From positions 13,330,001 to 13,394,000 of the forward strand of contig OU015567.1 of NCBI GenBank assembly GCA_907165135.1: a DNA stretch of 64,000 nucleotides, in the 5' to 3' direction. The position numbers and the translations under genes were made by a program. This stretch comes from Oikopleura dioica. Taxonomy: Eukaryota > Animalia > Chordata. Under the pieces are notes generated by a model, which did not search any database, had not been told where the DNA came from, and saw nothing but the letters and a program-made list of their open reading frames with translations. Of this stretch, positions 12,401 through 24,836 are shown one piece after another; the first letter of the stretch is position 1, and each line of letters begins with the position of its first letter.

Positions 12401-12836
12401 TCCGAACTACAGAGAGAGCTTCTTTTACTCGAATCACAGTTCGGCAGGCCGTCGACCAGCTCTGAAAGACAGGCTTGCAGGGCGATTTACTCGAGATACA
12501 GGGAGCTCAAGCGAAAAGTTCAACAATATGAATCAAGGTTAGTTCCGAGCTTCTTTTGCCGTTGTTGCAGTTTTTATTTTCAGATCTGTGATGGACAAAG
12601 AATCATTTCTCCGTGAAGTCGAAAGTGAAATCTCCAAGATCGAGCTGGATCGACGCGATCTCGCCCGCTCAATCCGAACCTGGGAGTCTCGCCATCGTTC
12701 AGAACACTCACGAAGCCCGAACTCGGAAGAGAAGCAAAACAATCCCGACTACACGCGCTACCGACATCTCAAGTCGCGGCGATATTTCCTCCAAGAGCTT
12801 CAGCAACAAATGGCGCCTCAAAGTTTCACTGTTTAA
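9458..12836 (+). CDS. FAM13: FAM13-family RhoGAP protein
   Basis: RhoGAP motifs EGIFRAC, LACLLKTWLREIPQG, NHMTASSLAICIGPSLF. C-terminal FAM13 repeats EEKSELQRELLLLESQFGRP...IYSRYRELK and YTRYRHLK. The start (MCNPCFKKNK, intron 9488-9539) is tentative. Confidence 0.8.
9704..9719. repeat. 16-bp palindrome GAGGTCATATGACCTC in a FAM13 intron
   Basis: Same arms as 6675-6690 with a different self-complementary centre (TA vs CG). Confidence 0.7.
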
Positions 12837-13991
12837 AAATATCCGCCTAATAATATTCCTTTTCTATGTTGCCGGTTGACAATTTATATTTTTACCGATT
12901 CAATGACTCCTTTAGAAATGAAAACCCCTTATTCAAAAGTTCTTTGTTTTCGTTTTTTTCAATACTGTACTAGACAAGCAAGAATAAAAGTGCCTTCTTA
13001 TGAGAAAATTGTTGTTCCAAGCAAACACTCGATGAACTCAAAGCTTGACCTTTGAAATCGAGGGCATCAGAATCGAGACATGCGACAGACAGTACCGGTA
13101 CTATTTGCAGAGGGTGTTCTTTGTGCTTGCAATTTTACTGCCTGAATAAATAGTTCGGTCTTTTTCATATCAACTCTCATATGTCCTCATTTGTGGGGCG
13201 CAGAGAATTCTGAGGTATGATTTCTAAACAATTCTGTAGATACAGAGCCCCAAGGTTGAAACAGGATTGCATAACTTCTTATCACTCTTTTCTTGTTTCA
13301 AAAATGGCCGAAATATCAAAGATGGACTGTAAAAAATCTTCTAGTGATTCGAATTGCTATGAATAATTGAATGAAAAAAGTATGGTTAAGTTCTATGCCA
13401 AGAGGAACGCGCGATAATCGATAATACAGGGGGTCAACTCAGTGCATCAGGGTTCTTCGCCCTTCTCAGCAACTGTTATTCATTTTTGCGAAACAGATCG
13501 AAATGCATTTTTGTTTATAAATCACCTCACTATCAGATCATTGAGTTTAGTTTATTTCCCAGAGAAACGAAAAATTTCTAGGTAGGTGGCTTTTTCCAAT
13601 AAATTGATTTATAGATAGCTCGTTAGTTTAAAATCTAAATAGCTTGAAATGCGAGGATTAACAAGCTTACAAATAACATTAACTAAAGGTCTAAAATTGT
13701 GTCTAAACAGGGCTTTTTTGTTTTCGTCACAGGATCGTAAAGAGAAAATCATTATCCATTGGCATTACTTCAAAAACAAATGTGTGAATTCTAGTTCTAC
13801 TTTTCCCGGAATCGAATCCTTTTCTGTTTGCAGAGGGATAGAAGCGAACAAAAGATTGCTGTCCCACAATACGAAGATAGAACACACCAACTCAAAACTC
13901 AGAAAGATTCGAGAAAATTCTGAGACATACATAGGCTCTCCAAGAACGTCGTAAAAGAGGGACGGTTTACAGAAGATAAAACAGACTGAAA

Positions 13992-16003
13992 ATGAGCAGA
14001 GAATCGTGGGGTTCAAAAAGAGAATTTATCCTGGCATGTTTGGGTTACTGCGTCGGCCTTGGGAACATATGGAGGTTCCCGTATATGATGTTTTCCTCCG
14101 GAGGAGCTTGCTTTCTCATCCCATATTTTCTGATGCTTATTCTGATCGGCCTTCCTGGCTTGTACTTAGAAATGGCAGTTGGTCTTGTCACTCAACGAGG
14201 ACCAGTTCATGCGATTGACGCCTTGTGTCCGCTGATGAAAGGTTGGTGAATTTCAGCGGATTTTTTTTATTAAATAATTAGGAAGCGGGTATGGAACCGT
14301 GGTAATGTCCTTCCTGTACGCTGGCTATTTTACAGCGATCATCGTCTATTGTCTTTTTTACTTGTTCAGCTCATTTACTTCTGAGGCACGGATTTAACGA
14401 GCTTTCAGTAGGTGACTGAAAGCACTAAGATCATATTTTATAGCATACTTTTATACTTTAAATTTGTTTGTATTTGATTGAATCCACCAAAGCTACCCTG
14501 GGAAACTTGTGAAGGAAAAGAGTGGTCTACTGACAATTGCACTGACTCGACAAATAACAACATCGGCGGAATTCCAGTAACGCAAGAGTTCTTTGAAAAC
14601 CATGTTCTTCATAAAACGTCAGGAATCGATGAGTTCGGGAATATTCGTTGGCCGCTTTTTGGAATTCTCTTGTTTACCTGGGTTCTTATATATCTGTTTG
14701 TCTTCAAGGGCACCAAGTCTGTGGGCAAGGTCGTCTACGTTACTGTAATTGCTCCGTATGTTCTCCTGCTAGCACTGCTTATCAGAGGATGCACACTCAG
14801 CGGGGCATACAATGGCATTGAATATTTTCTTGGGCTAAATGGAAAAGGCGACTGGGGAAAACTGGCTGACGTCAACGTTTGGGTCAACGCGGCCTCCCAG
14901 GTTTATAACTCAATTGGAATTGGCTTTGGCTCTTTAATTGCCTTCAGCTCATTCAATAGGTAAATTCGATTCGAATGAAGGGTACTCACTCGTTTAGAAA
15001 CTCTTCATCCCTTCTACGAGATACGCTACTTATTGGCCTTGTCAACTCCTTCACTTCTATTTTTGCCGGATTCATCATCTTTTCCGTCCTTGGCCATATT
15101 TCCGAAATGGTGAACATCCCCATCGACCAACTTCAACTTGATGGGCCCGAACTCATTTTTGTTTCATATCCTCAAGCTCTTGCTGATATGTATCCAAGCT
15201 GGCTTTGGTCTATCATGTTCTTCTTCACTCTTTTCGTTCTTGGCATCGACTCAATTTTCTCCTCTATCGAATGTTTGAACATAACTGTTCTCGATGTCCT
15301 GACGAATCTTAGCGTATTTATGCGCCGCGAAGTCGTGGCTCTCATGTCTTGTGCTGTAGCATTCCTCATGGGTGTACCGATAATGTTTGATGGTGGAATC
15401 TACCTATACAAGGTTTGAGTTGAAATTAATGATATGTCGTTATGAATTTTTTTAGCTCTTTGATAGTTACGTAGCGGTGCAATCGTTATCAATCCTCGCA
15501 ACGCTAGAAATTGTTACGATAGTTTGGGTTTTTGGTGCTCGTCCGTTATGGTGATTCCTCAGTACAAATCCATTTTCCTAACGAAAATTCAGTCGTGAAA
15601 TCAGCCGAGTAACGGGCAAAGATGTCCCGAAAGTTCTTCTTTATATGTGGCTGTTTGTGACACCGCTGATTGTCATCGTCATAATGATCTTCAGCATCAT
15701 TGGTTACAAACCCTTGCAATACATTGATTATGTCTATCCGAACTGGGCGAATGCTGTTGGATGGTGCATCGCCAGTTTATCTTTAATTTGCGTTCCTCTA
15801 GGTGAGTTTGGAAAAAATTGCAAAGTAAAACAACTTGTTCAGGAATAATTCACGAATTGATGAAATATGATGACACAAAGTCCCTGCTTGAACGATTCAA
15901 GTACTCCGTTCGTCCGAAAATCTCCAAGTACGCAGATATGGACATGCTCAGCTCAAGATCGAGTGGTGAAAAATCTTCTTCTTCGATAGTTACTGATTTT
16001 TAA
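13992..16003 (+). CDS. SLC6 sodium:neurotransmitter/amino-acid symporter
   Basis: RESWGSKREFILACLGYCVGLGNIWRFPY, LPWETC, WVNAASQVYNSIGIGFGSLIAFSSFN, LGIDS. About 7 exons, including GC-AG intron 14386-14492. Confidence 0.92.
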
Positions 16004-16206
16004 TTCTGCTTATCTTAATAAATTATACTGCCTTCTTCAGATGTAGAGTTTTCTAGTGAGTTGATTTACAATATCGGACGCAGGTCGCCTTGCGCAATAT
16101 TTACGCATTACCGGCTCTTATAATGATTTGTACGTTCATAAAATTTCAAGTGGTTTCTTGCTAAAATATACACCCCCGTAAACGGTCGACAGCATTCTCG
16201 CTAACC

Positions 16207-19200
16207 ATGAGATTGTTCGTTTTTTGCCTTGGGGTCACCCTTGGCCAGATCAACCTGTTCAAACCCTTTGATCCAAATGATCGCCCAGAGAGTCGCATTG
16301 ATTACGAGGATCCTGAATACCTAGATATCGTCAATTGCTGGCGTCTTCCAAGAGAACAAGATGGTAGCATGCACCACATCCCCTACAACTACACCGTCGA
16401 GCTTATTCAGCATGGGTTCTATGAGTCAGACAAAGTCGATGGCTTCTTTCGATTCGAAGGCGAATCCACTGTTCTCATTGAGTCTCGCACTCTCTCTCGC
16501 TTCATCGTCATGCACTCTGGAAAGAACTTCGACTTCACTGTTACAAACGTTTGGCTAGATGGAGTTGAATACGACAAGTTTGAGCAGTACAGCGAAAAGA
16601 ACTATCTGATCATTCAAAATGATCTCGCTACCTGGCCTATCGGTTCATTTCACGAAATAAAAGTCAAGTTTAATGGTGCCATCCGAAAAGACAACTCCGG
16701 GCTTTACGAAACCAGCTACCCCGATGCTGATGGAAATGTCCACTACATGGCAGGGACTCAAATGGAGTGCTGCGGAGCTAGAAAAATGTTCCCATGCTTC
16801 GATGAGCCCGAATACAAGGCATATTTTGATATGACTGTTCATACAAAGTACCCAGAATATCATGCGATTTTCAACACCGAGCAGGAATCGGTTGGTCCAT
16901 CACCACTTGGAGGCGACTATTATGTGACCAAATTCGATAGAACAATGAAGATGCCTACATATCTTCTCGCAATGGTCATTTCTGACTACGACAGAAGTCT
17001 CGTCGCTCGATCTCCAGAAACTGACACATCTGTAACTATCCTTGGACCCAAAGTCAGACTCGACAACGGGGAGGGAGATTATGGCCTTCAGCTTGCAATG
17101 GACATTATTGACGGGTTCTCCGCATTCTATGGTTACAACTATGCTGACTCTTTCCTGCCAGGCCGTGCAAAATCTGACCAAGTCGGTCTGTCGGACTTCC
17201 TTGCCGGTGCCATGGAAAACTGGGGCTTGGTTACATATCAGAACTTCTTGATCTATATCCTCCCAGAAGAGCAATTCGAATATAACGTCATGTCCGTCGC
17301 TACTGTTTTCGGTCATGAGCTTCAGCATCAATGGACCGGCAATCTCATCACGTGTACCTGGTGGGATGAGATTTGGATCAATGAGGCATTTGCAGATATC
17401 GGTGGCTACCTTGCTCTCAAATGGGCTGAGCCTACTTGGAACCTTGAAAATGAGTTCATCGTGAACGAGCTTTTCAGAGCTCTCCGTTTCGACGACAGAA
17501 CTTCATCGAGACCACTGATCAACAAGCAGAACAACAACGGAGGAAAGGTAGAGAATCCAGCTGAAATCATGTTGCAGTTCGATCTCATTGCTTATCAAAA
17601 AGGAGGATCAATTGTCAGAATGATGATCTACTGCATGGGTGAGGACCGATGGCAACTCGGCATGCAAGATTATCTTCAAGCTAACAAATTCTCTAACACC
17701 GACGGCGAGATTTACTTCAAACACATGCAGAGCGCTCTTGACTCTTACCCAGCCGTCGATGGATGGGATCTTCCATACGACCACTCAGGAGCGACTCCCT
17801 TCAACAAAACTTTCGACGGATGGGTTCGCCAAATGGGATATCCAGTTCTTCGCGCCCAAGCTGATCAGAATCTCTTCCTTGTTTCTCAATCCCGATATTT
17901 GCAAACTGGCGAGAACATTAACGAACCACCAAGCTCACTGGACTACAAATGGACTGTGCCTCTTCCAGCACTTGACCAGGACAACAAAATTGTCATGAAT
18001 TGGATGCTATCTAATGAAACTACTGTCGGTGTGCCTAAAAATCTCTGGTTCGATCCCGAGGGCAAGATTTACGCGTATTACATTATCGAAGACTACCAAG
18101 AGCTTAAAAAGCAAGTCAATGACATTTTCCTCCGAGAAGAAAAGGCCGCGATCGGCTTGATTCCTTTCTTTCCTAAGGACTTCCACAATGGTGTCGCCAA
18201 ATATCTGCATAGTTACTGGAAGACTATGGTTGCTGATATGACTTACGGATCACAGTACTTCCACATCATGGAATTGACAAGGATTTTCACGATTCCAAGT
18301 CTTGCTGATGGCGTTCAGCGCTGGCCGATGTGGAACACGCTTGCTTACGTTTTCAACAGGATTGTGGCGCCTAATGGACGGGAGACTGCTTCGTACTCGG
18401 CGCGGAAAATGATGATGTTCTCAAGCTCTCGAAAGCTCTGGGCGGACTACATGGGACCGCTAGCTAAGGGCGCTGTCGCCAACGTTTTCCCTGAGTATCG
18501 AGACGGTGGGTCACATGACGCTAAAAGAGCAGTAAGAGATGTCGTCGATTGGGCTTGTTTCCACAACGAAGAAAGGTTAGCTCAATTTGTTAGGCGTTTT
18601 CTTAAACCAATTTTAGCTGTTTATCCGCTGCCGCAAGCAACTTTGCAAAGGTTATGTCAGGCGAAAAAACGTGGGATGAAATCAACATCAACATGCGGGA
18701 TCTGTCCAAAAACTATGGAATTCGCGCGGGAGGCAAGAAAGAAGTAGACTTCATCAAGCAGGAAATTTACTCTGGAAGCTCAAACGAAGCAACTGTTGCT
18801 ATTCGAACTCTATCTTATATGAATGCTCAGAGCGCAGGTAACCCGTCAAAGCAAGGCACATCATATTACGATCTTTTCAGACTTGGGATTTGAGCTCTTC
18901 AATGAGCTTTTGGGAAATCAAGATTCAGCAAATTTGGCGACTGCGCTTCAAGAATTCGCCCGACAAACTGAAACGCGTGATTTCACGATCAGTTATCTTC
19001 AAGGTTAGATTTTAAAAAATAGTTTACTAGTTATGAATTTCATCTTAGAATACGGAAATGTGGTCAACACTTGGATCAAAAATGGAATGGGAGAGGTTGT
19101 GAGCAATCTCTGCGCGTATATTCAGACTCAAGATGGTACTTATAACAATAGGGATAGTATATATAAAGATTTTTAGAATACGATGAGATCATGAAGATCA

Positions 19201-19355
19201 GAGATTTAATTGGACTCGATGATCTTTCTGTGGAAGCAATCGGTCAGTTCCGAGCTTGCGAAGAGCGATTGGAGCAAAACTCCGACTTTATGAATGCGTA
19301 TGGATCCCAGATTATCTACTGGCTTCGTAATTACGATCCAAACTATCCTCTTTGA
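16207..19355 (+). CDS. M1-family zinc aminopeptidase (aminopeptidase N-like), signal peptide
   Basis: GAMENWGL and HELQHQWTGNLITCTWWDEIWINE (HEXXH-x18-E). First exon 16207-18575, then four short GT-AG introns; stop 19353-19355; AATAAA near 19368. Confidence 0.92.
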
Positions 19356-19417
19356 ATATTTATTCTAAATAAAACATAGTCTCAAGTAAAAATCTTTGTT
19401 GAAATGTTAACTTGCTT

Positions 19418-20357
19418 TCAAGGCTCACTTATAAAAGAATCAGCTCTCCAGATGAGTGTGTCTTCTTCGCAAATAATTTTTTCGTCTTCGTCGTAAAAGT
19501 GCTCTGAAAATTGATAAAAAGCTTGTTTTCCTGAAGATTTACTCTTTCGTATTTGTCTTGAATAGCCACCAAGTTGACTGACTTTCGGCAACATGAATTT
19601 CCCATCTCGAATCGGTCCATCGCCATCCCAATCGCCTTCGAAAGAAAATTTTGAGCATTTCAGAGTCACTTTCCCGACGAGTTGCCCTTTCTCCCATGTC
19701 CCCGAGATGCTTTCTCCGTGAGACGCGTAGACATATTTCCCGCTTCCATGTTTGAGATCGTTTTCCCAGTTTCCCTTCAAGGAATGGATTGCTCAAAACT
19801 CTTGCTCTTTTTTAGTTGATCACCTGATATCGGTCTCCATTCGGGTACGTGTAAACACCCATTCCATGCTTCATATTATTTGACCAGTGACCGGAGTAAG
19901 TTGCTCTATAATTTTATGAAGAAATGAAGTCTTTAGAGTTTTTACCCATCGGGATACCAAAAGGTTCCGTTTCCATTTCGCATGTTCCGCTTGTAAAATC
20001 CAACATATTTTGCATGAGGAAGAATTTCATCTGTCGTCTCACTAGAACCTTGATGCCGACGAAAAATGTATTTTCCTTCTCCGTAGCGCAGACCATTCTT
20101 GTAGCTTCCTTCGAAAATGTCACCATTCGGGAGCAGAGCTTTTCCGTAACCATGTCTTTGCCCTTCAAAATCGGTTGTTTTTGGTCGCTAGAAATACTCT
20201 ACCAGCTTCATTTCTTTCTCCTTCGTATTCGCCAATATCTTCTATGTAAGATGACCCAAGTGATTCTGTACCTAAATACTCTCATAAGATGCTTTTTTTG
20301 TGACGGACACAAACTTGATCGTGCATTAGTAAAGTGATGTTGGCCAGCATAAGCCAT
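19418..20357 (-). CDS. RSPH1: Radial spoke head protein 1 (MORN repeats)
   Basis: Spliced reading [34 protein letters not shown]...GFYKRNMRNGNGTFWYPDGATYSGHW matches the RSPH1 N-terminus (DIGEYEGGRNEAGERHG). Start codon tentative. Confidence 0.85.
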
Positions 20358-20679
20358 TCTTTCTCTATTCTAAATTTCAGCCGAATTACACCCAAACTCA
20401 TTTGAAACTCAAATTTGGAAGCCACTCGTAAATTATTAAATACTAGTTTTATAATACCAAGGAAGCTGTATTCATGACTCGCATGGTTTCTTATCAAACT
20501 CTTGAGCAATGAGAATCAAGCTCGATTCAATATTCCTTCTTCAGTGAAGACTCAGCAGTAAAACTTTTGCATTTCATTGATTTATCTCTAGAACGCTACT
20601 GTTTGCATCCATTATTTTCGAGTTCTGCTTTAGTTCCGAGAAATCACTCACAAAGAAGGTAAAACGCCGAAATTGCGAA

Positions 20680-23194
20680 ATGCAGCGGAACTCAAAATTC
20701 AATAGCGGCGGTCATTTAACCAAAAAACAGAGGTAGAGGGCGAAAATGAAAAATCTTCAATTATTTTTAAAAATTGTAAACAAAATTTTCAACCTTTTAC
20801 AGGCAAAGGCTGACATGTGAGTTCACACTTGACGATTACCGAAGTAGCAGCGATGATAGTGATGAAGAATACACGGAGGAATCGGGAGGTCGCCGTCGAT
20901 CGGTCGTTTCAGCATATGCGCGGAGAACAATCACAGCACTCATCGGCGTCAGTAAAGTTCATCAACACAGAATAGGATCAGATAATATGCGACAAAGAGA
21001 GCTGGAACGAATCATGTAATGCCTAAATCTTCCAGTGACAGGTTCTCATCGTTGTTTTCAGAGACTCCCCGTTTGTAATCCATCCTTATTCAAACTTTCG
21101 CCTTATATTCGACGCGATAACGACGATAATACTCATCCTTAACCTTATTTTCATTCCAATTATTGTGACGTTTCCAAAGTATGACAGGTAAAATCCTCTT
21201 ATTTTATTTGATTCAAGAAATAATACTTTAGCATTTATCAGATGATTCGGCCGGACAAGAGCTATCCGTTAATTTCTTTTTGGTTGATGTTCGTTTCAGG
21301 AAATTGTTCAAAACCTTGAGCTCGAAAATCGATCTTGCTGAAGGAATTTCGAACAATTTCAAGACATCTGGTTCACACTCGATATCATAATGAATTTTCG
21401 AACTGGATATATTGAAGCAGACACAGCAGTGCTAAATGGTAGGAAAATTGATTATTAGAAAATGTTTTTATCGAATCAAAGTGAAAAAGATACGAAAAAA
21501 GTATCTGCGCGGCTGGTTTTGGTTTGATCTTATTGCTACGATTCCACTTGATCAGGTAAAACAAAAAAAAAATACTAAAGATCGTTATTTTTACTTAGGT
21601 TGCTGAACTTTTCAGTCGAACTGACGTTTATGGAGCGTCAGGCCGACTCGTGAGATCGGGACTTGAAGTCGAAGATAGACAGGAAGCTGCAATGGACATC
21701 GTTCGATATTTTAAATTTATACGACTTACGAAGGTCGCTGGCTTACTCAGGAAGGTTCAATCGATATTCCATTTTTCCACTTATATAATATCCGTTCTTA
21801 TTGAATCATTTAAAGACTTGTGCGATTGACGAAGCTTGTCCGAAATTTCCAAGACGTCCATTCGAGCTGGATCAACATCGAGAGCGTCAAAGCAGTTCTG
21901 AAAATCGCAAGTTTTGCGGTGATTCTACTTGTTTGGATTCATATCGCCGGATGCTTGCAGTTTTTGATCCCGACACTCAACCCTGCATATCCTCATATGG
22001 AAAGTTGGTCGGTCGCGAGTGACCTGAACAAGGATACAGTTTCTTTCTCGTTTCAATACAAAAAGTCTCTATTCCGTTCGCTCAGTCACATGTTCTGCAT
22101 CGGTTACGGAACCATGGCACCACAATGTATCGATGATCTCTGGATGATGTTTTTGTAAGTTTATGGTAGCAAAGAAGATCATAATTATTCATTAGCTCGA
22201 TATTTATCGGAGATCTACTGAAAGCGGTCTTCATCGGCGGTGCTTCATCGATGATGCAGATGATGGACGCGTCAAAAAGACTTTACACGGAAAAGCTCAA
22301 CGCAGTAACTGAATATATGGAGCACAAGAGACTTCCTTCCTATACCCGCCAAAGACTTCTTGACTATTACGAAAAACGATATCAAGGTATTTAATTTCCT
22401 CCATTATATAATTTACTTTTTACAACAGGAAAAATGTTTGACGAAGAAAAAGTGCTGGCAACTCTCAATCCAATCCTCCGAAAAGCTCTGATTCGCCACA
22501 ACCGGAAAGATCTTGTCGAAAAAGTCCCGTTTTTCGACAAATGTCCTGCTTCATTCATCGATGAGGTTCTTCATGTCATGCGTCTCGAGATGTATCTCAA
22601 AGACGACAAGATCATTCGCCAAGGTGCAGTTGGAAACAAGATGTTTTTCATTCAAAGTGGCATGTGCTTGATTATTTTTGGCAATTTAAAAAAACGGAAA
22701 AGGAAATCGCTAGGTACTCTTCGTTGATTCAACATCTAATTATCTTAAAAAATTCAGTATTGCAAGAAGGAGACTTTTTCGGGGAAATATCACTTCTTAT
22801 TCCCGATACAAAACGAACTGCTACAGTCATTGCTAGAGATGCAACTTACGTTTACTCACTCAAATACAAAGATTTTACGAAAATTCTCGACATGTATCCG
22901 AATATCAAAGAAAAGATGGAGAAGATAGCGGAGGAACGACTCGCGCAAACGATTGCTCAGACAGAGAATCAGAGCAGCAGCGATTCAGAACCAGTCGAAG
23001 ACGGCTCCAAAATTTACCCGTGGCCCGATTACACAACTGACATCGAGGACGAGTCCGTCACCTTTGAAGCACCTACATTTACAGTACAACGACCTGAATC
23101 GGAAATGACCGTCAATGCTGCTTTCGACAATGTACCTATGTTCTCGATCAATGTTGATGCTCCTTCTGACGAAAGCCTACACGAAAACGCATAG
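20680..23194 (+). CDS. HCN: HCN-type cyclic-nucleotide-gated channel
   Basis: VIHPYSNFR (S1), MNFRTG, S4 RYFKFIRLTKVAGLLRLVRLTKLVR, pore SHMFCIGYG, C-linker YYEKRYQGKMFDEE, CNBD GDFFGEISLL...RTATV. Start at 20680 tentative. Confidence 0.9.
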
Positions 23195-23359
23195 AAATCC
23201 GAACTGACTGTTGTTTCTATTTATTTTATTTTTATAATCCTGCCTTTTAAAAATATATTATTTTCTATAATTTTGATGTATTCTTCATAGAAAAGTTCAG
23301 TCAGTTTGTCGTAGATCTCAAATAGATGGTTGTGTGTTGTCTCAAGCTTGGCGAATGAT

Positions 23360-23873
23360 TTACTCTTCATCAGTGTACTCGTCAGAGTACTCGTATTCAT
23401 ACTCGCCATCTTCATCAGCAGCTGGAGCCGAAGGAGCTGGGGCGGCAGGAGCAGCTGGTGGTGGGCCAGCAGGGAACTTTGGTGGAGAGGGGAAAGAAGG
23501 TGGAGCACCAGTTGGGGGCTTGTAAGCCGGAACGGCGTCCTTCTCATCGTAGTAAAATCCTTGCTGCTTGTCGTAGTAGAAGCCCTAGATATTTTATTTA
23601 TCGACAGAAAAAAGCTGATAGAAGTACCTGTTTCTGGCTCTTATCGTAATAGAAACCGTCGTAGTAGAAACCGTTGTAATAGAAACCATCCTTGACGCCG
23701 TTATCTAAAGCCTTCTTGGTCTTGTCGTTTTGGTAGTAGAACCCATCGTAGTAGAAGCCATTCTGCTCTTGCTGATAGTAGAAGCCATCAGAAGGCTTGT
23801 AGAGAGTGGACTGGGCGGCCTGGTCGTAGTAAAAACCGTTGTAGTAAAATCCTTGGTCGTAGTAAAAACCCAT
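23360..23873 (-). CDS. Orphan Tyr-rich protein: 11 GFYY repeats, Pro/Ala linker, acidic tail (156 aa)
   Basis: Exons 23628-23873 and 23360-23584 joined by a 43-nt GT-AG intron (23585-23627). Repeat codons vary at third positions (GGT/GGA/GGC/GGG, TTT/TTC, TAC/TAT) while the amino acids are fixed. Confidence 0.8.
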
Positions 23874-24061
23874 TTTCTCGAGGTATGAATCTGATCAGAT
23901 TCTACATCCGCCATTTTATTTCCTTACTTGAGCGGAAGTGAATTGAGATGGAGAAAATATATTTTCAATGAAAACAAAGAAGAATAACAAAAAAGCTCAA
24001 AAAATAGTCAGTAATGAAAATAGGCCAGAGTGTCTATTTTGTATAATTAATGCAGTGGTAT

Positions 24062-24673
24062 TCAAATAGACGCGTTTTTGATTAGTCGTTCGCGTTCAGC
24101 TTGATTTTCTTGAAGTCGCTGGTAATGAATGGCATCGTTATTGCTAAAAATGAATAATTCGGTCAATTTTATAAGCTCACGTTGTCCAAATACAGCAAGT
24201 TATCATGAGCACTATCAAGTAGAACATAACGAAGAAAGAAATTATCCCAGAAATTAATCGTGTCGGGTGGTCGGTCCAATATTGAGAGTACTTAAAAATT
24301 GTTAGTAGTTCTATAAAATCAAAGATTCGTACAGTGTGGAAGCCGTAGCCACTGTCGTAAGGAATACTGTAGATTGGAGGGGCGTTAGGCCGTCGGTATA
24401 CTGGCATATAAACAGGTTTTCGTCGTCTTAGTGGATATCTGGCCACGGGATTTTGAGCCTGATCAGGACTCAAATCTTCCTGCTTCTGATCATCGTCGGG
24501 AAGCTTTGGTTAGTTTGAGATACGAATTAATGAAAATTTGTTACCTCCTCTATTTCCAAAATATTTTCCGGAGCATCAACATAAAAATCTGGTTCGCCTC
24601 TCTCTATCTCACTTATATACCGGCATTCAAACAAATGCAAACTTACAAAGATAGCAAAAAGAGAAGTTTTCAT
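24062..24673 (-). CDS. Small single-pass membrane protein with signal peptide, 4 exons
   Basis: MKTSLFAIFVSLHLFEC..., RRRK basic site, TM LISGIISFFVMFYLIVLMITCCIW, tail ending RLIKNASI. Three GT-AG introns of about 40 nt keep the frame. Confidence 0.6.
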
Positions 24674-24836
24674 TTTCTGTTAGTTTATTTTAGCAGTTGT
24701 CTCGGACAGCGGAATAAAACAAAAATTCTAGAAGAAGAGTGAATATGTTCAGGAGACTCTTAGCAAAATTTTGTTGAGGGTTTTTCAATTGGCAGAGGTG
24801 TTTGAATTTTTTGGCATTATTGAAGGAAACGCTTTC

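Noticed and set aside
13649-14016. ORFs 13649-13954 (+) and 13765-14016 (-)
   Set aside because: No recognisable motifs and no in-frame link to the SLC6 start.
16361-18210. Many 60-150 aa antisense or alternate-frame ORFs here and over FAM13, EHBP1 and TFIIA-gamma
   Set aside because: Shadows of real coding sequence with no motifs or splice support.
18575-18747. Apparent frameshift at the end of the 846-aa aminopeptidase ORF
   Set aside because: Explained by a 41-nt GT-AG intron (18576-18616).
21270-21345. Possible extra GA donor in the HCN S2 region
   Set aside because: A GT donor three bases upstream in the same phase works, so the GA call is not needed.
23705-23914. Thr-rich ORF (FTTT repeats)
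   Set aside because: Shadow frame of the GFYY repeats; codon variation is synonymous in the GFYY frame and it stops early.
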